DNA of 64,000 nucleotides from Octopus vulgaris (taxonomy: Eukaryota): NCBI GenBank assembly GCA_951406725.2, contig OX597817.1, positions 102,300,001 to 102,364,000 of the forward strand. Reading direction: 5' to 3'. The notes beneath the pieces are model-generated. The model was not told where the DNA came from, did not search any database, and saw nothing but the letters and a program-made list of their open reading frames with translations. Made by a program: the position numbers and the translations under genes. Of the stretch, positions 54,618 to 64,000 are shown in pieces (within the stretch, counting starts at the first letter, position 1; each line of letters opens with the position of its first letter).

Positions 54618-54678
<61 letters not shown>

Positions 54679-55031
54679 CGACGTGATCGTTCGTTCTACA
54701 AGGAATAGCAGCCAAATTGCTTTCAAATCCTGACCTACTTCTCTTTAAACTGGAAGGAGCACATTGGAATATATGGTCCTAGATACAAATTGGTCACAGC
54801 TAGATCGCCTTTGATTAATGGTCTCTTTGATCATACCCGACTGGAGGCAAAACAGTAGCACTAACTCAATGTCACAAAAACATTTTATTTAGAAATAGTG
54901 GAATGATTAACTAAATCACATCGTTTCGTAGAATAAGACAGAAACTATACAGAAGCCCGTGGCTTTGAGTTTGCATTTAATTCAAAAGGCGAACCTATTG
55001 CGCTGATTCTGACTGATTAACGTTAAAGTTA

Positions 55032-55091
<60 letters not shown>

Positions 55092-55195
55092 GTTTAGTTG
55101 AAGTTTAGTTGAAGATGGTGAAAAAGAAAATAGATGTGAAGGGCGAAAGAAGGGTGGTATGAGTAAAGGAAGCGTACGAGAAGACAAATAGTAAG

Positions 55196-55231
<36 letters not shown>

Positions 55232-55493
55232 ATTTGTGTGCGTTGTATTTGTGTGTGTGGAAGGATGGAGAATATACGAAAGAAAAAAGACAATATAGTG
55301 TATCGGCACAAAATCTCATTCACACACATCCAGCCAAGTAGATACTCCAGTTAATCAAACAACTGGGACATCGTTGAAATCGACGTAAGATCTATTTCCA
55401 TTTCTTTTTTTTTCTTTCGTTTTACTTCGTAGCATGAAAATGTATGATAGGCGTGTATGTATTGGAGAAGGTATCAACGAGAAGTGAGGGGGT

Positions 55494-56233
55494 GGGGGAC
55501 AAACAAATCTCCAGAACATCTGGTCTGTAATGAAATCAAGCAGTGACGGATGTTGTAATGGAGAGTACTAGCTTGTTTAGCCCCAGGTCACTCCTGATCG
55601 AGCAGGCTTATAGTCAATGCCATAAGATACAGAATACCTGTATCTTATGTTTTTGCATTCAGAATTCAAAAATAATGTGTCAAATTATCAGTACTAAGTT
55701 CACATATTCCATTCACCTTCATAATGCCAAGAAACTGTATAAACATCGCAGACAACTTTTGCTTTGTATGAAAAATATATAAAATATTAAGTCAATTGAA
55801 AAATATCTATAATAAAATTCTAATTGATAAATAAAAATTTTTATTAAAACAAAACACGCGGGGTGGAACACAACACAATATGCGGTGGTCATGGTAACAA
55901 GCTGTTAATGCCTCGCTGTCTGTTGATTGGCTAAAATTACCCAAATTTCCCAACTTTGATTCCATATGACATCAGATTCTTTAATTTACGATATAAAGTA
56001 ATTGGTTGATCGTAATCAAAATTCAGAGTTGCATCGATACGCCAAAATTGAAAGCAATCTGAGCAAAATTAAAGGGGGCTCATTTTGCAAATGAAAAGTG
56101 AAGGGGGACAAACAAATCTCCAGAACATCTGGTCTGTAATGAAATCAAGCAGTGACGGATGTTGTAATGGAGAGTACTTGATCGTTTAACCCCGGGTCAA
56201 TCCTGATCGAGCAGGCTTATAGTCAATGCCATA
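55494..56233. repeat. ~130-bp direct repeat (55494-55623 / 56103-56233) enclosing a transposon fragment
   Basis: gggggacaaacaaatctccagaacatc...gtcaatgccata occurs twice. Confidence 0.9.
55630..56098 (-). mobile_element. Inverted fragment of the 59337-60520 DNA transposon family
   Basis: Reverse complement of ~59346-59855 with scattered mismatches and a ~40-bp deletion. Confidence 0.88.
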
Positions 56234-56517
56234 TTGCAGCCGCGACTATCCTGTCATTTTCGTTTTTGTATAATCAATGCTTACAAGATCCAATTTATCT
56301 TTATTTCCCTTTTTCCGACGGTATGATTTGACAGAGAATTAACTCCTATTTCTAGCAGATCGAGCAAATATGTCGGGAGCTCCCTTGTTGAAGGGATTAG
56401 TAGTAGTGATAGTAATGGTGGTTGAACTTATTAGTGGTGTTTGTGTCGTTATTGGTGGTGGTGGTGATAGTTGGTGTAGCAATGGTGTTGTCGGTGGTAG
56501 TTGTGGTAGTGATGTTG

Positions 56518-56565
<48 letters not shown>

Positions 56566-56829
56566 ATTGTTGAGGCTGGTAGTGGTGGTAGTGTTGGTAG
56601 TTGTAGAGGTGGTAGTGGTAGTACTGGTAATAATAAGTGAAGGGATGATGGTGGTAGAGGTGATAGTCGTCGTCGTCGTCGTCGTCATCGTGATGGTGAT
56701 TATCAGGATGGTGAAGTTGTAGAGTTGTGTTGCAGCACAGTCATATAACCTTTCCCAGTCTCTCCCTTTCCATCTCCTCTCCCCTCCCCATATCTTTCGG
56801 TCCGTCTTTCACTCCCCACCTCTCTGTCT

Positions 56830-56923
<94 letters not shown>

Positions 56924-57277
56924 ACATTCCACTAGTGTTTACACAGATGCCGAACATGTAAAGTTATCGCTGTGTTTGGGAGGAAAGGCTGAAAGTTACG
57001 GTTTCATTCAACACACGTGCACAGTTCTCACTTTCACCAATAACACCACAAAGGTAATCAAAACAGATAGACAATCGTAAAGTGAGTTGGAGCGGCACGA
57101 ACGGAGGAGCAGCAAAGGGGGGGAAGGAGGAGAAGGATTTTATGAGTGGGTGGTAGTGGTGGTGGTGGTAGCGTTTGAAGAGAAGCAAAAGAGAGAAAAC
57201 GAGTGTGCGTGAGTGTCCGTGTTGAAAAGAGAAAAAGAGAATTTGTGCGTGCGTATGTTTGAACAGGAGGAAAGAAA

Positions 57278-57334
<57 letters not shown>

Positions 57335-57894
57335 TGTGTGTGTGTGAGTGTGTTTGTTGTGTATATATGTGTGTGAGTGTGTTTGTTGTGTATATATGTG
57401 TGTGTGTGTGTTTGTATGTATGTGTGTGTGTGTGTGAGCGAATGTGTGTGTTTGTGTGTATGTGTGTGTGTATGTATGTGTGAGTGAGTGGAAAGGCAGA
57501 AAGAAATTATGCGAAAGATAAAAATGAAATGTGGGGAAAATAAAGAAAATGTAATGAAAAACAGGGGAAAGAAGTAGCGGATAAAAAGGAGAGCAAAGGA
57601 ATGAGAGAGAACGATTGGAAGAAAAACGCGGAGAGAGGAGAGGTGAAAGGATAAGAAGAGAAAAAAAGGTGAGAGTTTATAAGAAAAGTAGTGTGTATGG
57701 GGTGGGGAGGGTACGAGAGTGAGGGAAAGAGACAGTGAGGGATTATCTTGAACAACATGAAAACAATCTTCATGGGAAATGTTCTTTTCATCTTATTTTG
57801 TTAACTGAGTAGATGTGGTCATATATTGTAGTGGTTATATCATAGTGATTTTGATATCGTAGTATTATATCTGAAGCAACTAAGCAAACCTAAC

Positions 57895-58225
57895 CAATGC
57901 TTCATAACTTTTGGGTATTCTTTATAGGTCCATATGACCCCTGGAGATCCATGAAGCAGAATAGTAAATTGGGGATTCACAGTAGCATTTAAAGGAGCAA
58001 TTTTTTTTTCTTTTGAATTAGATGTATCTGTTGCAAGAAACAGCTTACCTTGTCTAACATTTCACATAGTTCAACCAACACAAGTTAATCTTTGAAAAAC
58101 AAAATGAGTATTTTGAAGGAAGTATCTATAAAACTAGTGAATAAACATCCAATGTTTATGTAAGTCCACCAGAATAAAATAGGAATCGAAGGGGTTCACC
58201 GATAAAAAATGGTTGAGAAACATTG
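57895..58225. mobile_element. hAT-like MITE, same family as 36086-36394
   Basis: ggtccatatgacccctg...ccaccagaataaaat...GTTGAGAAACATTG. Confidence 0.8.
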
Positions 58226-58842
58226 CTATCGACCATTGAGGTCGTGGTTATATATCTCCTGTTTCTACGGTGTGAAGCTATTGAGAAACAAATATCTACC
58301 TCGATACAAAGTCAGTTTAGTACGCTTTTTTTTTTATGTGATAAATTGACATCAGCACTAAAAGTCGTTGCTTCCCCTTTTGCATGAACAAATCATTTTC
58401 ATAAGTTTATCCTTTGAAAGTCCATGCTTGTTTACAGAATTTTAGTTAGCTGTTGTTTCATAAATACATTCGTATGTTATATAAAGCTTTCCCTTCATAA
58501 GTCCCAAGTTAGTCTAGTGGTTGGTAAAAAAATGGCAATGTGTAATATATATGATGGATGGACACCAGGGATGTGATATATCACGTCCCGATGGTATCTA
58601 GTTAGACACAAGCTAACGAGGGAGCTTCAACCCGATCAGTCGCTCTGCTAAAAATAGCAGTTAAGTTCTCTAAAATTCTATTCTATCGTCTTTAAAAAGA
58701 GACATTTGTTATTTCAGTTCTATGTACACTTCAATTGAAAACAAAAAAAAAAACAAAAACATTGAATAGAAACAGAAGAAAGCTTTTGACCACAGGTTTC
58801 CTGGATTAAGGGCTAAAAAACAGCATCACAGACTAGTTAGAT

Positions 58843-59064
58843 TAGTGATTCTCAAGCATTTTTTTTCTTAAGGAATCCTTTAATACTTGTTTCACTCGGA
58901 TGGACTTCCATAATCATTTGATGTTTAAAAAGTTTCTATTATGTGCTTATAATTAAATATTAGGAATTGTATAAAAAGTTAAGAATATTTAGCGTTTCGT
59001 AAAGCAATTTATTGCAGACAAATTTTAACGACCAAATCTTATATGGCCCTAGTTGAGAACCACT
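58843..59064. mobile_element. hAT-like MITE
   Basis: TAGTGATTCTCAAG...GTTGAGAACCACTG. Confidence 0.75.
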
Positions 59065-59336
59065 GCATTTGAGTATGATTGAAAGCCGTGTGTCTTGGGT
59101 CATGAATAACACAAAAGTAGTAGAAAGAAACAAACTGTTAATATCATACTTGCAGTCGAGTAACCTACTCTTTGGTGCACTCCAAACAGTTGGGAAGAAA
59201 GAAAACACAAGAGTATATTATACTGGTCACACACACACACACACACACACATACATATATATGTGTGTATACACACACACACACACATACATATATATGT
59301 GTGTATACACACACACACACACATATATATATATAT

Positions 59337-60651
<1,315 letters not shown>

Positions 60652-61483
60652 ACGTCACTAAAGTGACCAAGGACACTAATCAGCACCAACATTGCTACAA
60701 ATAAGAGTCAAAGCAACTCAATAGTTACGGATAGCACTGTCTTAATGACTGACAAGGGAGTCTCGGACATAGCCAGATCATCGATGATTTCGCATTTTAA
60801 TGCTCATCAGTGGCTCTCCCCGCACCTAGGGTTAAACTCAGCTCGCTTGTCAATTCATAAGATTTCTGTTCAACGGAAATCAACGTATGTGTATGTATAC
60901 ACACACACACACACACACACACAAATATATATTGTTAATAGAATATTAGTGGCAATTCATAGCGTGAACCGTGCAGGCAAGTTTTTTAAAAAAGATGATG
61001 GTACTGGAAAAGTACCAGCTTTGCTAGAGACAGGAGCCAAATGAACTCCAAACCTACAGAAAGTCCACTTAAAAATAAGCATGATGGAATCGGGCGGTAA
61101 ATAAAAATTAAAGCTCTTACCTTTGCGAAGGCCGCAAAGCAAATGGCAGGTAACTTAATACCGGTTTCGGGCTTTGTATTAAACAATACTTCCCTCTTCA
61201 GTTAAGTTTACTGCGAAAACAGCTAAATTTAAAGATATTCACCTCACCAACCTTGTGTGTTCGTGTGAAGGTCCAAGGCGCATACAGAGACGAACTAAGT
61301 GAATAGTTCATAAATATACAAATATTAATAGATAATAACGTTAGTGGCAAGTTTAAAAGCAACTGATGGTACTCGTGATGCGAGTATCTTTGCTTTTTTC
61401 GCGGTAGAATTATGTATTAATAATATATTTGTATATATATTATTAATACTAATATTAATATTTAATATTATTAATATTAATAT

Positions 61484-62228
61484 TTGTGGTGACAGCTATC
61501 CATCTTTACTTAGTCCAAGACACGCGCCCTACCCGTCGCACCTAACTTAGCAGCTGTTGCAACCAACTCCCGCTAGCTCGGTAACGGCTGAAGCCGAAAA
61601 AGGACAGCCTTGGTCAATGCTTTCCACACTTCCTGTTGAATGAAGTGTGGGAATAGTTGAATGAGTGGTCAGCAGTTTAGTGAGTGAGCAAATTAATCAG
61701 AAGGCATATATAACAGAAGACTGAGTCGTAGTAATTTCAACAATTCTTAACATTTCATTACCAATGTGCTCAAAGCAGCAGATTGAATTGACTTTTAAAA
61801 CAGTGAAACGAAATGGAGTTTTCGAGTGTCCATTCGTGATGTGTATGCGTGCACGAATTATTCATGACTTCGAAGGTACAAAGGAAAGTGCCTGTAAAAA
61901 TACATGTAAAGACTTACTGACATTTTTATGGTTCTTCCATAAAAAGGTTATCTGGCTAATTGCACGATGTTATACATTATGGCTGTATTTAAGTGGAGTT
62001 GCCATGTTAATGATTGAATTTTGGAGAGATGTGTGTACCGTCACACATTGGTTGAGAAACCAACACCGACGGTACAGCGAGGACTTGTGAACAGATCAAA
62101 CTCTAAGAGCTAACTAATCAAAGCTAAGTTTTTGACGCCAAGCAGCGGACAATCGAAAACGAGGTGTTAACCCGTATTACTGCGTATACAGTGTTCGACA
62201 ACGCCAAAGGGGAAATAATCCCATCATA
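61484..62228 (+). mobile_element. Possible solo LTR
   Basis: Higher-complexity block starting TGTGGTG and ending CATCATA, internal TATATAA; no TSD seen. Confidence 0.25.
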
Positions 62229-63310
62229 TGTCATGTGACTACAGAGGTATTACTGGCCATTATACTCAATGAACATTTAGATAAAATCCCGTTGTAGTAA
62301 TGTTTTATTTGAATAATTTTTTTCAAATTATTCTGGATATCTATAGCATTTTGTCAATCCCATTATGAAAATCTCATCAAGGGAATTAAGGCATACGTGA
62401 CGCTTAAACGTGTTCATTTTTTTCGCTGGCCTTTCGTAACTTGTCTTTCCACACCCTTTTCTCAAGTTTTACTCCATTACCTCCACCTCCTGGCCATCAT
62501 TCAGCCATCCACCGTCCACCTAACACCCTGCTAACATTTCAGCGCCACCAAGGGGCGGTGCTGCCCACTTTGGGAACCAGTGATTTAATCGAGCAGGCCT
62601 TCCTCTAAAGTATATATTTTTATGTCGATGTTAAAAACAATTGTTTTTATTATTGTACAGGAAATCGTGTCATGTGAATAAAAAATAAAAACCATCTTGG
62701 TAATAAAGATTATCTATCGTCTTAACTAATACATTTGGCATTTAACATCACGGTCCATTCAATTCGGCTAAAATTACACTCTACTGTTCCGTTACGGTAT
62801 AGGTTTGCTAGCTATATTTCGTTACATCGGGTGTGGTGCCTGTAGCATGCAATTTCTATATCTAAACCACTTTTATTGTTCTACGACTTAGATTTCATCT
62901 TGTGAAAAGTTTAATACGGCAAACCTGCTGTTTGATGCTCAGATAAATAAAAAAAAAAAAAGATTAAAAAACAGACAAACAAATAAAAATCCTACTGTAT
63001 ACAAATAGAAAACCTACCGTGTCTTCTTCAATAAGTGTAAAACTATACATACAGCACATGATTACATACATACGTACATACATACGCACATACGTATGCA
63101 CATACGACATACATACGTACATACATACGCACATATGACATCTGAATGTGTATGTATATATGTATGAACATACATACACATATTTACATATTTGTATGTT
63201 ATGCATTTGAGTGTATACATAGACACACACACCCATATATATATGTACGTATGTGTGCTGTGTGTATGCGTATGCCTGTATGTATTTATGTATGAATATA
63301 TATATATATA

Positions 63311-63705
63311 CTAGCAGTATCGCCCGGCGTTGCTCGGGTTTGTAAGGGAAATAATTATATAAGCATTTTTAGAGATGTAAAGTATAATAGCCATCTCAAT
63401 ATGGCTAACCACAAAGGGGGAGGGGTGTTACTGTAGCTTTTTACGTTCTGAGATTTAATAATAAATTTTAGAGAGTTACTTCCCTTATATATGTCAAAAA
63501 TGGATTAAAAATGGGAAAAATTGATGGTAAATTTTTTTTTAAATCGTAGACTCATCGTAGACGCGCGCTAATACCCAGACGGTCTCGATATGAATCACGA
63601 CTATAAGATACCCGGTTTTGGTTAAACTGCACCGCAAAATGTGGGAGTAGTTAGGAATCTAAATCGTAGGAGACAGACACACAACCTCACTTTTATATAT
63701 AAAGA
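63311..63705 (-). mobile_element. Non-autonomous Helitron
   Basis: Minus strand A|TCTTTATATATAAAAG...CCCGAGCAACGCCGGG hairpin...CTAG|T; inserted between A and T, no TSD. Confidence 0.88.
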
Positions 63706-63807
63706 TTTCCTCTATTTACATAATATTGAGGTCTCTTTCTTTCTTTTGTTATCTTACTGTTTTTACCAATATACATATATATATATATATATATAAATAT
63801 ATATATA

Positions 63808-64000
63808 GTTACAGAGATGTACTTGCATAGCAAGTGACTTGATCTGAGATCGTGTGCTGGAACGAAAACAGTTGCAGCGTTGAAGGTGTTTATAAGCCAT
63901 TTAAGAAACACACAAAAACCGTTAGATTCACTTCAACATTTAAATTTAATTTGTCAAAATATTTTCGTCGCTTTGAGACCGCGACCTGTTAGCACGATAT
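63808..64000 (-). mobile_element. (TA)n-adjacent repeat end with the 3' half of a hammerhead-like fold
   Basis: Minus strand GTCGC(ggtctcaaa)GCGAC-GAAA-ATAT-TT-TGACAAA; no CUGANGA visible; runs to the window edge. Confidence 0.35.

Noticed and set aside
52188-54715. Tx1 ORFs as an active element or host gene
   Set aside because: 5'-truncated and frameshifted; the ORF start runs through the (TC)n flank
61764-62090. 108-aa ORF
   Set aside because: No motif recognised; lies in a possible LTR-like block

Overview
AT-rich, extremely microsatellite-rich eukaryotic DNA with no host protein-coding gene that I can support. The SINE repertoire and repeat style look like a cephalopod (Octopus-type) genome, which is an inference. 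Most ORFs in the track are microsatellite artefacts; the real coding signals are decayed transposon fragments: R4/Dong-like and HERO-like RLE LINEs, Tx1-like L1 LINEs, Penelope-like elements (PLEs, GIY-YIG), Tc1 and mariner transposases and a probable gypsy RNase H. There are also about 20 tRNA-derived SINEs, hAT-type and other MITEs, and two non-autonomous Helitrons. The most interesting signal is RNA-level. Between 13.9 and 25 kb lie six minimal type-I hammerhead ribozyme motifs from four unrelated PLE-type terminal-repeat families, each family ending at a (TA)n tract. They include a 740-bp non-coding palindrome with a hammerhead in each arm, a foldback cassette enclosing an intact GIY-YIG ORF, a GIY-YIG with a ~127-residue low-complexity insertion, and a recurring CCGACGA (U4C) core variant. 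Different retroelement families appear to occupy different microsatellites (TA, TC, TACA, AAT). Coordinates were read by eye, and boundaries of decayed elements are approximate.
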